Part shown: positions 38,024 through 48,538 of the stretch, piece by piece | How the letters are laid out: the number at the start of each line of letters is the position of its first letter | Numbering within the stretch: the first letter of the stretch is position 1 | Source of the DNA: Candidatus Parvarchaeota archaeon | GTDB taxonomy: Archaea > Nanobdellota > Nanobdellia > WJKC01 | Length of the DNA: 64,000 nt | Reading direction: 5' to 3' | NCBI GenBank assembly: GCA_030615175.1 | Contig: JAUWZX010000002.1 | Coordinates: forward strand, 1-64,000 | Program-made: the position numbers and the translations under genes | Notes under the pieces: model-generated | What the model was told of the DNA's origin: nothing | What the model saw: the letters and a program-made list of their open reading frames with translations, nothing else | Database searches by the model: none

Positions 38024-39409
38024 ATGGCTAAAGAATCTGCAGTAATGGCATCAATATTCCTAATACTCCTAGTCACGTACATTATTTACGTATTCATGCT
38101 CCACCCATGGGAAAGGGTTGCGCTATACGCTAAGGCAGGCAAAGTGATTGTAAGCGTCACTGACTGCGACACTAAATACCCAATCCCTAACGCTGAAGTC
38201 AAGTTTTACACAGATGATGGAATACTGCTTGAAGGAGTTACCAACATTGATGGACTAATTAGTTATGAATCACTACCAGTATGCATTAAAATCATAGCAT
38301 CATACTCTGGCGATAAATACGCTGGAATATGCATTGGCGACGGCGACCAGAGAACAGTTAGCTTATGCTTTAACGACCCAACAGTTAACCCTGACATTAT
38401 TTACTCAACAGAATACGTTGGAATCATTGGTGCCATGTCAGGGGAAGCAATTTCATCAAAGAATTACATACCATTCACGCTGTCACACCCTATTGAAACA
38501 GCAACAGCAACCTATCCCGACTATTACCTGTTATCCAATATTTTATGGAGTGAACGCATGGAATTAACTCTTAATGTTAATGAATCAATGACTCATGACA
38601 TCATGCTTTCATTCATATTGAAATCAAAGAAGGATAATCCAAACACGGTTGTAAAACTATCAGGCGTTGAATTATTCAAGGACCAAGTAACTGCAGGTGA
38701 CACCGTGAACGTAACCATCCCTAAAGGACTAATTAATGAATCAATGCAGTTATCAATTAATTGCGAATTCACAGGCTACTACTTCTGGACTACCCAGGAC
38801 TGCGAATTAACTAATATTACTGTCATACAGGAATATTACCTGCCCGTCAACACTGTTCACGAAATCAAGTTCGAGGCTGACTCACTTGAGCGCAGGAGCG
38901 CTACAACGCACATTGAATTCATGATTGACAAGAACACTAATGCAGGAGTTAAGACCTTCATTAATGATTATATAATATTCGAAACTGATAAATTGCAGGC
39001 AACTAATTATGAGGGCTCAGTTAACACTGATGAATTAAACCTCACAGAATCAGACAATACTATGCGCTTTGAATTAACGCCCGGAGGCAACGCCTCATTC
39101 AGCGAGATTAAGTTATGGTTCAGAACTGCCAATGCAACGAGTAATTATGAGGAATTATTCTTCACAGTCCAGTCAGACATTCTTGTATCAGCCAATTACT
39201 TTGAAGCCTTAATTTACATCAATGAAGTACTGCTCGGCGGTGATTTAATATTAACCCTTGACGACGCGATTTACGAAGAGGAAATCACGCATGCCGGCTG
39301 GACAACCATCCGCTTGGATAAAGAAGACATTGACGCATCAAACACTCTGAAACTATCAGCCCGCGACGCTAAATTCTCAATCCAGGACTTAAGGATAAGT
39401 TACACTTAG
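38024..39409 (+). CDS. N-terminally anchored beta-rich surface protein
   Basis: N-terminal TM; VTD..T..PIPNAEV...TNIDG prealbumin-like pattern; many NxS/T sequons. Confidence 0.7.
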   Translation: MAKESAVMASIFLILLVTYIIYVFMLHPWERVALYAKAGKVIVSVTDCDTKYPIPNAEVKFYTDDGILLEGVTNIDGLISYESLPVCIKIIASYSGDKYAGICIGDGDQRTVSLCFNDPTVNPDIIYSTEYVGIIGAMSGEAISSKNYIPFTLSHPIETATATYPDYYLLSNILWSERMELTLNVNESMTHDIMLSFILKSKKDNPNTVVKLSGVELFKDQVTAGDTVNVTIPKGLINESMQLSINCEFTGYYFWTTQDCELTNITVIQEYYLPVNTVHEIKFEADSLERRSATTHIEFMIDKNTNAGVKTFINDYIIFETDKLQATNYEGSVNTDELNLTESDNTMRFELTPGGNASFSEIKLWFRTANATSNYEELFFTVQSDILVSANYFEALIYINEVLLGGDLILTLDDAIYEEEITHAGWTTIRLDKEDIDASNTLKLSARDAKFSIQDLRISYT

Positions 39410-39522
39410 AAAAAAATCCTAATTAATAGAACCGAAGGAATAATAAATAAAAAAGGCATTAATAAATACTTAATGAAGGAATATAAAAATCCTAATTACA
39501 GTAATTGCTTGAGGAGTAAGTA

Positions 39523-41676
39523 ATGGCAAACAAAGATAAAGAAATTGAAAGCTTAAAAGAAGCTATAAAGTTTTGGGAAGTTAATGTAGAAGCTGCAAAA
39601 TTAAAAGGTCCTGAAGAATTCAAAGAGGCTAAACGAAAACTTCTTGGACTACAGGGAAGATTAAACAAAGCAATAAAAAAAGGGGAAGAGGGATGGATGA
39701 GAAAAGGCTGGTTGGCAAGGAGGAAGTTAAAAAAGAAGGGAGGAGAAGAATGGGGGGCGTACAAGGAAGGGAAGGAAAAGTATACGGAAGAGAAGAGAGC
39801 AATGAGGCCTGAAAGGGGGAGAGCGCTTTTCGGTTTTGGCGGAGAAGGGCCTAGAAAAGCGAGCGACGTATTACTCAGTCCGGGATTCATAATGTTCTTT
39901 TACATGGCTGCTTTTTTCCTCATAATAATACCCAACCCCATACTCATAGCTGGATTATTCTTCCTCGCTATCGCGTTATTCCTTTCATTTAGGTCAGGAA
40001 ACCAGACTTACACAGTAATGGCTGGAGCAGTCATTGGCGCGATAATAACGAGAGGCTACTTAAGCGGGTTCATACCATTATATGGATTTGATAGATTAAT
40101 AGGATTATTCATGGCAGTTGGTTCAGCATCATTCATGCAGTTAATAACCAAATATGATGAAGACACCCCTTATGAGAAATTAATGGTTGGAGGCTTCGGA
40201 GTCGTAATAGTAATAACTACATTAATTTTTATAACAATGATTGAAACATTTTACCTCATAATCTGGCTTATAAGTATTTTATTATTCTGGACAGCATTGG
40301 TAATGAATTATCCTGAAAAACACCCATTAGGCACTAAAGTATCCAAAATGATTCCACTAATATGCCTTGTGGGCGCTGGAATCTTTTATGGTCTTGCTTA
40401 CGCATTCACTATTGGAGGAGTAATGTTCGGAGGAGTAATTGACACGATAATGCACAGTCTTGGAGGCACGTCAAGCAGTGGAGGAAGCATTTTTGACATG
40501 ATACTAAACCCTAAATTAGCGCTGGCAGCGCAGTTAAAACCCCCAACTGAAAGGGAATACGCGCCAGGAGCAACAGCCCCACCAAACATAGCATTCACAA
40601 CAAGCTTTCAAGCAATACCCTTAACAGGATGCTACGAGCACTCAATTTACACGATAATAGGCAAAATAAAAAACACTGGCACAGCATTCATTGATGATAT
40701 AAGATTAACAATTAAGACTGAAGAAGGAATAAGCAATCCAAGCGTATGTCAAAGCGGAGAAGTAAAGGATTCATTAAAAAAACCTGACGGCGTAGAAGGA
40801 TGCATCTGGCATCAAGGAATCCAGATAGCGCCGGGCTCAACAGTATCAAAATCATGCCTTGCAGGACCAGTTAATGTTCCTACAGGTCTCGAGGAACTCG
40901 TTAATTGGTTCGGTGACATGATATGCCTCCCAAACTGTGACTTTGCTTACCAAGGAGGCGAGGACGTGCTGCCAAGCCACAGATGCTTCTTTGACGTAAC
41001 TGCAAGCACTGCCTTCCACTCGCGCTCAAGACTGCCAATAGAAATAATAGACAACAGCTACGCAAAGAATAAATACTTGCAGGGAACACTGGTTTCAAGT
41101 ATTAGACCATCAACATCAAGCGTTGGGCCAGTAGAGTTCTCGCTTGGAGGGATAGAACAGCCAGTATGGGATAATAATGATGCAGTAACCATGATAGTGT
41201 CAACAGTGAACACTGGCAATGGCGAAGTAAATGAATACTCATCAATATATTTACTGATACCAAAAAACTTGCTTGATGAAGAAGATGGAAAACCAACATG
41301 CAATAATGACGACTGGGTATGCTTTAACTATGAAGGACCAGTCTATGAATACTCTAGCGGGGGCGGAACATGGAAAGACAATGCTGAAGCGTTAAAACAG
41401 TTTGCTGAAGGGGAAGGAGTGGGCAGCATAGAAAACTTTAAACTAACATATGACTCCTCACTAGACAATGAAGTGCTAAAATCAGATTACGCAATATGCT
41501 TTTATAACAAAGGAATTTCAGGAGGATCATTAATGCAGACAGCAACCTGCAACTTGAAGATGAGGCCAAATCCTGAAGGCACGCTAAGAAGAACTGAAAT
41601 AATAAGAGGTGATGTCCTATACACTTACAAAGTCACTAGTGACGCATCATTCGAAGTGAGGGACTGCACGATATGA
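39523..41676 (+). CDS. Multi-TM membrane protein with C-terminal extracellular beta domain (paralog family member 1)
   Basis: Basic N-terminus, about 7 TM segments, then SSVGPV...VNTGNG...VLYTY. Confidence 0.8.
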   Translation: MANKDKEIESLKEAIKFWEVNVEAAKLKGPEEFKEAKRKLLGLQGRLNKAIKKGEEGWMRKGWLARRKLKKKGGEEWGAYKEGKEKYTEEKRAMRPERGRALFGFGGEGPRKASDVLLSPGFIMFFYMAAFFLIIIPNPILIAGLFFLAIALFLSFRSGNQTYTVMAGAVIGAIITRGYLSGFIPLYGFDRLIGLFMAVGSASFMQLITKYDEDTPYEKLMVGGFGVVIVITTLIFITMIETFYLIIWLISILLFWTALVMNYPEKHPLGTKVSKMIPLICLVGAGIFYGLAYAFTIGGVMFGGVIDTIMHSLGGTSSSGGSIFDMILNPKLALAAQLKPPTEREYAPGATAPPNIAFTTSFQAIPLTGCYEHSIYTIIGKIKNTGTAFIDDIRLTIKTEEGISNPSVCQSGEVKDSLKKPDGVEGCIWHQGIQIAPGSTVSKSCLAGPVNVPTGLEELVNWFGDMICLPNCDFAYQGGEDVLPSHRCFFDVTASTAFHSRSRLPIEIIDNSYAKNKYLQGTLVSSIRPSTSSVGPVEFSLGGIEQPVWDNNDAVTMIVSTVNTGNGEVNEYSSIYLLIPKNLLDEEDGKPTCNNDDWVCFNYEGPVYEYSSGGGTWKDNAEALKQFAEGEGVGSIENFKLTYDSSLDNEVLKSDYAICFYNKGISGGSLMQTATCNLKMRPNPEGTLRRTEIIRGDVLYTYKVTSDASFEVRDCTI

Positions 41677-42746
41677 AACACGAATTAATAATGATGGTCA
41701 TTGGAATAATATTAATCAGTGGTTGCACCGGCCTTGAAGGAATAATGAACATGTTCGGCATTAGTGGTGTCGCAACCAAGCAGGAAACAATACTGCAGCC
41801 ACAGCAGGGGCTTGGAGTAACTTCATTCACGATAGCAGTTACTGACATGCTCGCGGACACTTATAACTACGTGCTAATGTCAGTGCGCAACCACGCAGGA
41901 GGCGCAAACGCTAAGAACATAATGGTAAGCCTTGAAAACGTTAAACCATTCCAATTACATGAATGCGATTATGACAGGGACGCGTCAAGCATTAGAACAG
42001 AACTATGCAATCAATTCTACAATGACTTCGGCGTGCCATACAAAGCGCACAAGATAAATGAAATGTTTCCGGACGAGGAAGTGCAATTCTTCTGGAACAT
42101 TAAGGCACCGGACGAAGGTGAGATAGCAAAAATGAAGTATAACCACATCATTTATTACACGCTCTCATATGATTACGCAATGGTAACAACTAAAACAATA
42201 GCAGGAATAAGCCAGGATGAATTCCTAAGGCAAAGTGAAGAAGGACCAGTAACAATAACAGGACAGCAAGTAAGCAGTGCAGGCGAAATAAAATTCACAA
42301 GCACGACGCAGGAACCATTCATATACTTAGAAGGCAGCGGGAAGACTGACATAAACTTAAACTTTGAAATTGAAAACCAGGGCGAAGGCATGGCAACCCC
42401 TGAAACAGAATTAATAATTATCATAAAGAAGCCAGCAGACACGACAATCAATTATAATAATGAAAAAATAACGCAATTCGGCTGGAAAAACGTTAGTGAA
42501 ATGCAAAGCGAGCATGGCAATCTAAGTGAAATATACACTGAACTGGCAAGCAACACTGGCGACCAGTTAATAAGGTCAATATCAAGTGATAACTTGAACA
42601 GCGGGAAGCAGACAGTAAGCGTGCCAATAAAGTTTGATTCAAGCACTTTTCACGAACCGCAAAAGATTTTAACATTTACTGTATACATAACCTATAATTA
42701 TTTAAAAGAAGGGCAAACAACTTTAAGTGTTTACCCAATCAAATAA
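41673..42746 (+). CDS. Lipoprotein (paralog family member 2)
   Basis: Lipobox LISGC; LSYDY...SSAGEI...IENQGEG...ITYNY. Confidence 0.8.
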   Translation: MKHELIMMVIGIILISGCTGLEGIMNMFGISGVATKQETILQPQQGLGVTSFTIAVTDMLADTYNYVLMSVRNHAGGANAKNIMVSLENVKPFQLHECDYDRDASSIRTELCNQFYNDFGVPYKAHKINEMFPDEEVQFFWNIKAPDEGEIAKMKYNHIIYYTLSYDYAMVTTKTIAGISQDEFLRQSEEGPVTITGQQVSSAGEIKFTSTTQEPFIYLEGSGKTDINLNFEIENQGEGMATPETELIIIIKKPADTTINYNNEKITQFGWKNVSEMQSEHGNLSEIYTELASNTGDQLIRSISSDNLNSGKQTVSVPIKFDSSTFHEPQKILTFTVYITYNYLKEGQTTLSVYPIK

Positions 42747-42766
42747 TAACAAAGAGTGAAATTCAA

Positions 42767-43777
42767 ATGAAAAAAAAGGATATAATAGCACTAATAACAC
42801 TTGGAGCTTTGACATTAATGATGGGCTGCGCAGGGGCTGGAGGAACACCAACCACTGGAATAGTAATAACAAATGAATTAAGCAGTGAAAGAATGCAGCC
42901 AGGAGGAACAGTGCAGTTAAGGACAAGCGTTAACAACTACTTTGACAATCCACTAAGAACTCCTTTAGGAAAGATAGTCAGGGGGTTCGGAGAATTAACA
43001 TACTCAGCAAATCCTATAAGCATGGGAGCTGAAGTTCAGAACAACCCTAACGCAACTGCAAGAGCGACTTGGACGATAACAATCAGCAGGTCAGCAACAG
43101 GAGGAACAGAGTACACTAACAGAGTAAGACTATGCTTCCAGTACACGCAGACTGCATGGCATGAGATAGGATTAGTAAATAGTTTTGACATTGAAACAAG
43201 CGTTAGCAGCGGAGCAGATACCGGACCAATGAGAATTACTTTCTCAGGACTTGACAACTCGTACATAAGGAATGAACAGATAACGGCAGAAGTCCCGATA
43301 AGCATTGGAATAAAGAATGATTACGCAGGCAGGGTGGGTCCAATGAATCTGCCAGGAGACGTTGTAGCAAACATAACAAAGGTTATAATAAGGATTTATG
43401 ACAGGAACGTTGTGCCTGATAATACTTCACCAGGAACTGTTGAGAAAAGCGGCGTATTCGACATATTAGAAGAATATAACAGTCCAGTAAACGACCCTAA
43501 TGAATTACAAACAGGAGACTTAATATGCAGTAATAAGGACATAGATGTAACTACAGGATACCCAGTGTCATACAAGACAAGTAACGGAAAATACTATGAA
43601 TGCTACATTGAGAACATGACTGTGTTCGGGACAGAAACATTCATTAACGCCAGATTAAATGTGACAAACCTGCTGGAATCAGAGGAAATCATTGAGAAAG
43701 TTGAAGTAGAAATGAATTATGACTACTGCATTGAAAGCACTGACTTCACATTAACAGTGTTCCAGCCTGGTGGTTAA
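42767..43777 (+). CDS. Lipoprotein (paralog family member 3)
   Basis: LMMGC; LCFQY...DTGPM...IKNDYAG...MNYDY. Confidence 0.8.
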   Translation: MKKKDIIALITLGALTLMMGCAGAGGTPTTGIVITNELSSERMQPGGTVQLRTSVNNYFDNPLRTPLGKIVRGFGELTYSANPISMGAEVQNNPNATARATWTITISRSATGGTEYTNRVRLCFQYTQTAWHEIGLVNSFDIETSVSSGADTGPMRITFSGLDNSYIRNEQITAEVPISIGIKNDYAGRVGPMNLPGDVVANITKVIIRIYDRNVVPDNTSPGTVEKSGVFDILEEYNSPVNDPNELQTGDLICSNKDIDVTTGYPVSYKTSNGKYYECYIENMTVFGTETFINARLNVTNLLESEEIIEKVEVEMNYDYCIESTDFTLTVFQPGG

Positions 43778-43779
43778 GT

Positions 43780-44892
43780 TTGAAATCATTTTTTCTTTTA
43801 CTTTTCTTAATTTTCTTAATAACAGTAATTAGCGGCTGCACTCAGGAAAATGGTGTGGTGGACTTGACATCAACACTCTTCGGTCAGGGAAGAGGATTAA
43901 CAATAACTAATTACACAAGCACCCGTAATTCATTAAGGCTTAAGGAAACATCAGAGATTAAAACAGAATACAAGAACATAGGAGGCTTCGAGGCAAAAAA
44001 CGTTTCAGCAATAATTTACGGGTACGGAGAGTTAAGCATAACTAATGAAAGAAGCAGACTGCCTCAAATACTATCAGGGCTTGAGGACTTCATGTTCTGG
44101 ATACTAAAAGCAGATGTTATGGGTTCTGCAATAACAAGTTACACGATTAACTCAAGGATTTATTATAACTATGAATTCGAAGGATTCAAGCAGGTAAGTT
44201 TCATACCAGAAGATTACTTAGGCGATGACCCTGAAATATCAGGCAGTAATAGAATATCTCCATTAACAATTGACGTACAATCAGGAAACCCAATAAGAAC
44301 AATAGCTCAGGATCACGAAGCAAGCACCTGCCCAGACCCATGCGATTATGAATACTGCTATGACGGGATTGATAATGACGGTGATGGTTATACTGACTGC
44401 TTTGACACTGACTGCACACTAACTTGCGGGCAGGGATTCATAATAACAGCAGTTATTAAGAATGAAGGCTTAGGAGACGTTAAGTACAAGGATAACACTG
44501 GCAAGTCATACAAGTTAAATGAAATAACAGTTAAGGTGCCGAATACTTGGAGTCATACATTTGAAATTAAAAAAGACGATGTTGACATCTGGTCCTTTTA
44601 TGATAACACTGATGAAGACGTGAAGGAATACACGCTGAATCATGATTACATAAATGAAACAATGAATGATAATGAATGCGCTATAGGTGAAAGTGACTTG
44701 TGCAATTTACTTATTAACGCAATGCAGGACTTATGGCTGGTAAGGGGTGAGGAAACAAGAATAAAATTGGGATTCAGGAAGCCGTTAGTAAGTGACGTGA
44801 CAATAGATAAAGTAACAGTTCTAGGCGACTTCAGTTACATAATTGATACAAGGGACTTCGGCAGGAGCATTATCATAGGAGTTAATATTTAA
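43780..44892 (+). CDS. Lipoprotein (paralog family member 4) with Cys/Asp-rich insert
   Basis: VISGC; IYYNY...ISPL...IKNEGLG...GDFSY; insert CYDGIDNDGDGYTDCFDTDC. Confidence 0.8.
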   Translation: MKSFFLLLFLIFLITVISGCTQENGVVDLTSTLFGQGRGLTITNYTSTRNSLRLKETSEIKTEYKNIGGFEAKNVSAIIYGYGELSITNERSRLPQILSGLEDFMFWILKADVMGSAITSYTINSRIYYNYEFEGFKQVSFIPEDYLGDDPEISGSNRISPLTIDVQSGNPIRTIAQDHEASTCPDPCDYEYCYDGIDNDGDGYTDCFDTDCTLTCGQGFIITAVIKNEGLGDVKYKDNTGKSYKLNEITVKVPNTWSHTFEIKKDDVDIWSFYDNTDEDVKEYTLNHDYINETMNDNECAIGESDLCNLLINAMQDLWLVRGEETRIKLGFRKPLVSDVTIDKVTVLGDFSYIIDTRDFGRSIIIGVNI

Positions 44893-44893
44893 T

Positions 44894-45667
44894 TTAACCA
44901 ATATAACGCGGCTTGACAGCCATTAATTGCTGCTTCCTTAATTCACGGGCAAGGCTGGTCTCTGCCTTAATTTCCTCCTCAATACCCTTAATCTCCTCAT
45001 CCAAATCCTTTAATGACAAGTCAAGACCCAAATACTTAATAAGTACTTTAAGAACTTCACGAGACTCCTTAATTCCAATGTGCTGAGGATAACTCATTGT
45101 TTCAACAAGTAATGAGAAACCTTTAAAACCCATTAATTCACCGATACCGAGAAGCAAACCTGCAGCGCCAACAATTAACTTAATAGTGTCATTACCATCA
45201 AAAACTACTCCTAAAGACTTTAACTCTTTAATGAATGACTCATCAGTGACTACGCCATGAACCTTTGTAATATCAGGAATGCAACCTAAACTGGCGCCGC
45301 CAAGAGTGATTATTAAACTCACACCCAAATCCTTGCTTAACTCGAGTATTAACTTAGTAAGGGCATGACTATCCTTATCAGATGAGGGCTGAATATCGCC
45401 AATAAGCAATATTAATTCCCTGCCATTAGCCTTTGCATGATAAAACTCAACCTTAAATAACTTAATCATTGAATTATCAGTAACCATGACTGAGTTAGGA
45501 AAGGAATCAGAATAAATATTGCATAACTTCACAGCTTTGAACTTCTCAATAAGAAAGTCAACGCAAATCCTTGAAACATTACCAATACCAGGCAAGCCCT
45601 CAATGAGCACTGCATTATCAAACTTCTTAAAATGCTTGGTCTTAACAATTTTATAATTACTTGTCAA
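44894..45667 (-). CDS. PAC2 family (proteasome assembly chaperone-like) protein
   Basis: LIEGLPGIGNV, GDIQP, ITLGG, IVGAAGLLLG. Confidence 0.9.
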   Translation of the reverse strand: MTSNYKIVKTKHFKKFDNAVLIEGLPGIGNVSRICVDFLIEKFKAVKLCNIYSDSFPNSVMVTDNSMIKLFKVEFYHAKANGRELILLIGDIQPSSDKDSHALTKLILELSKDLGVSLIITLGGASLGCIPDITKVHGVVTDESFIKELKSLGVVFDGNDTIKLIVGAAGLLLGIGELMGFKGFSLLVETMSYPQHIGIKESREVLKVLIKYLGLDLSLKDLDEEIKGIEEEIKAETSLARELRKQQLMAVKPRYIG

Positions 45668-46430
45668 CCTGCCCCACCATCACTCCTAACTTCTTAGCCT
45701 TAATTAATAAATCATTAAGGATTCCGGAATAAGCATTCTCAGCAACCTTGTAATTCCTAGAAATAATACTAAACAAGTACTTAGGACTTCCCAAGTAAGT
45801 AATTTTAACTGAATAATCATTAGAAGACTTAACATTGCTTAATAATTTCTTAATGCGTTCAATCCCGTTGCCCTGATTACAAGTTATCACTAACTTGCGC
45901 TTAATAATAACTTTCACTTGCTCAAGCATTTCAGTAAAGCTTTTCTCAAGCACTGAATGAACGCTTGGCTTAAGCCTTAACTTTGAAATAACAAGCACTC
46001 CATCCTCCTTCATTGCATCATACAATTCTGCAAGACTTCCAAACTCCTCCCTGGCATTCCTAACAATTGACTTAACAACTGAATTCTGAAGCTTTGCTTT
46101 CTTAACAGCGTGCTCGATTAATTTATAAACCCTCTTATTAGTGCGCGCCTCATTAAGCTTCCTCTTCATCTCAATTATCTTAACTCTCTTTAATGAAACA
46201 TCAACCTCTCCTCTAGGATTCACTTTTAATACCTTGCACACGAGTGACTTATCCTCGCTTAAGTGGTCCTTAATGTTGCGCACACCTCTAAGCGAAACTT
46301 CTGAAACGTGAAGCATTCCCTCAACTGACTCATACTCGTCAAGTCGAACAAAAGCGCAGTGAGGCAGCAGCTTCTTAACAGTGCATAGAATTAATTCATC
46401 TTCATCAGGCAATCCTCTTCTCTTAATCAT
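45657..46430 (-). CDS. eif2a: Translation initiation factor 2 alpha subunit
   Basis: S1 domain (LDEY..EGMLHVSEVS, DVSLKRV), GIERIK, YLGSPKY. Confidence 0.95.
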   Translation of the reverse strand: MIKRRGLPDEDELILCTVKKLLPHCAFVRLDEYESVEGMLHVSEVSLRGVRNIKDHLSEDKSLVCKVLKVNPRGEVDVSLKRVKIIEMKRKLNEARTNKRVYKLIEHAVKKAKLQNSVVKSIVRNAREEFGSLAELYDAMKEDGVLVISKLRLKPSVHSVLEKSFTEMLEQVKVIIKRKLVITCNQGNGIERIKKLLSNVKSSNDYSVKITYLGSPKYLFSIISRNYKVAENAYSGILNDLLIKAKKLGVMVGQVDK

Positions 46431-46609
46431 AAAACCTCCTTAACCTTAGCCCTAATAGCTGCCTTGCCTCCCCTGGACTTCACAAGCACCTTGCCGCATT
46501 TAAGGCACTTCACATTGGTTGAAGCCTTCCCGAATATTATCTGCTCATTCTTACAGTTATTACAGATAACCCTGACAAACTTGCTTGTAGGTTCCTTAAT
46601 TAACTTCAT
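46427..46609 (-). CDS. rps27e: 30S ribosomal protein S27e
   Basis: PTSKFVRVICNNCKNEQIIF...CLKCG...GGKA. Confidence 0.97.
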   Translation of the reverse strand: MKLIKEPTSKFVRVICNNCKNEQIIFGKASTNVKCLKCGKVLVKSRGGKAAIRAKVKEVL

Positions 46610-46618
46610 TTAAATTCC

Positions 46619-47203
46619 TCACCTCATAATTTTAATTGACCCCTGCTTCTCTAAGACAAACATTAAATCCTTTGGTATGTTAGCAACGTCCTCAGCCTTA
46701 AATGGTCCTAAGTTGCCATTCTTCCAAGCGAATACCGGAATGTCCTTTAAAAACCTTACTAAAACGTAAGGATCATCTTGCGGGTTTTGGATTTGTGGAT
46801 TAACTTTATGTTTTTTAAACTTTCCTTTCGCGATGAGTGACGCTTCATGCACTTCAATCAAGTCCCTAACCTGCCTGTAAAAGGATTCCTCCATTACAAG
46901 CATGTTATCACTTAAACCCTGAGCACCCATTTTAATGTCAATGAATGCCTGTTCAATAATTTTCCTGGCGCGCAACTCAAATAATGACTTAAAGCTTGAC
47001 TCAGCATTAAATAATTCCTTCTTAGCGCGCTCCATGACTTTACGGGCAATAATGTTATCATCACTCTTTCCTAAAATCATACTCTTATCCTCCACATAAC
47101 TCAAGTAGCGAGGAATGAAGTCCGAATCCAGCTTAATTAATGCCTTGCTGTCACGCTCTTTGCGCTCAAACTTCCTTATCCCACTATAAGTTAATAAATC
47201 CAT
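46619..47203 (-). CDS. GINS complex subunit (Gins51-like)
   Basis: Helical A domain (LFELRARKI) plus B domain VRFLKDIP...GPFKAEDVANIP; next to primase. Confidence 0.85.
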   Translation of the reverse strand: MDLLTYSGIRKFERKERDSKALIKLDSDFIPRYLSYVEDKSMILGKSDDNIIARKVMERAKKELFNAESSFKSLFELRARKIIEQAFIDIKMGAQGLSDNMLVMEESFYRQVRDLIEVHEASLIAKGKFKKHKVNPQIQNPQDDPYVLVRFLKDIPVFAWKNGNLGPFKAEDVANIPKDLMFVLEKQGSIKIMR

Positions 47204-47218
47204 AAAATAAGAAATGAA

Positions 47219-48505
47219 TTAAGTCCTTTTTAAGTCTTTCTTCAGATTCTTACTCTTGCTTAACGCGTAAGTTACAGGATTCTTAATCCTCCTGCAGAAA
47301 TTATCAGGACGGCACACGCCAATACTCTTGTAAAAATTATTGTTAGAGCAGTTAGGAGGAAGCAAACTCCTCTGAGCTTTAGTCCACTTAAGCTGTGACT
47401 CAATATAAGACTCCTTTAAAGGCTTCTGATTAAACTTATTCCAATCACTAATAACTGACTCAATTGATTTCCAGTCATAACCAGTGCATCTGAGGAAGTT
47501 AGTAAGAATGAATAAGGACCTCTTCCTGCCGTCAACCAATCCCCTCCTGATGAGTTCAATGCATGGAGGGAACAATGACTGCGGCACTGCGTGTTCAGGA
47601 AGCACTACTTCATGACTAGGCAAATCCTTCTTCTTCATAATCTCCCTTTCATACCAGTAAAAAGCCTGAGTGAATAATTCTTTAGCATCACCATGCTCAT
47701 TAAGGAATCCCAGTTCAAACTTAACATTCTCAGGTCTTGCCTGCTCCTTAGTGAATGACTCAAGCTCTTCAGGCTTCAAAGGGATTGATGCAAGCCCTGT
47801 CTTCTCGTGAAGAGAATAAGGAAACCTTATTAAGTGCCTTGATGAAATAGCAATAGAATCAATGTCAAGCACCCTGTAAGGCAGGAACTTGCCTTCAGGC
47901 TTTAAGTCCTTAACAGGCAGTCCGGTGCGCTCTGAAACCATCTCAATTGAATCCTTTTCAAGAATCTTCTCAGATAAAAGCCCTAATTCATCTTCAATAA
48001 ACCAGCTTAAGTATTCATTAATAATTCTCGCAGCCTCAGGGAAGTAATCCTTAATAACCTTGCCGCCTACTTTTTCAGGGAATGACTCGAAATTAACGCC
48101 TACATGAAAACCCTTATTACCAGAATACTTAAGTGATGTGTTTTTCACTCCAAGAGTTCGTAAAGTATCAATAAGCAGGCGCGCGCAGATTCGCGAGTAA
48201 TCAAGCACCGGACAGTCAATGTCAAGTATTAAGTCCCAGCCAGTCCTGAACGAATCAAGGTCGCTCCTCTTTAAGTCTCCTTTAAGAACCATTGGGTTAA
48301 CCCAGCGCTCAACAGAAAAATGAAAAGAAGCAGCTCCCCTCCTCACAACACTAATCACTTCATCCTTATAATTAAAAACTTGAGGTCTCTGCCCAAAAGT
48401 GTTAAGGAATCTCGGCACTGCCTCGCGATTCTTAGCAAATTCTAAGAAGAATTCAATGAATTCAGGATTAGAGTAGTACTTAAGGCATTGCGAAGGTCTA
48501 AGCAT
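47219..48505 (-). CDS. priSL: Fused DNA primase (PriS catalytic domain plus PriL C-terminal Fe-S-like domain)
   Basis: WDLILDID, SGNKGFH, RFPYSLHEKTG; PPCI...PPNC...C...C..IKNPV. Confidence 0.92.
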   Translation of the reverse strand: MLRPSQCLKYYSNPEFIEFFLEFAKNREAVPRFLNTFGQRPQVFNYKDEVISVVRRGAASFHFSVERWVNPMVLKGDLKRSDLDSFRTGWDLILDIDCPVLDYSRICARLLIDTLRTLGVKNTSLKYSGNKGFHVGVNFESFPEKVGGKVIKDYFPEAARIINEYLSWFIEDELGLLSEKILEKDSIEMVSERTGLPVKDLKPEGKFLPYRVLDIDSIAISSRHLIRFPYSLHEKTGLASIPLKPEELESFTKEQARPENVKFELGFLNEHGDAKELFTQAFYWYEREIMKKKDLPSHEVVLPEHAVPQSLFPPCIELIRRGLVDGRKRSLFILTNFLRCTGYDWKSIESVISDWNKFNQKPLKESYIESQLKWTKAQRSLLPPNCSNNNFYKSIGVCRPDNFCRRIKNPVTYALSKSKNLKKDLKRT

Positions 48506-48538
48506 GAAATTAATGAAGGGACTTAATTATTAATAAAT

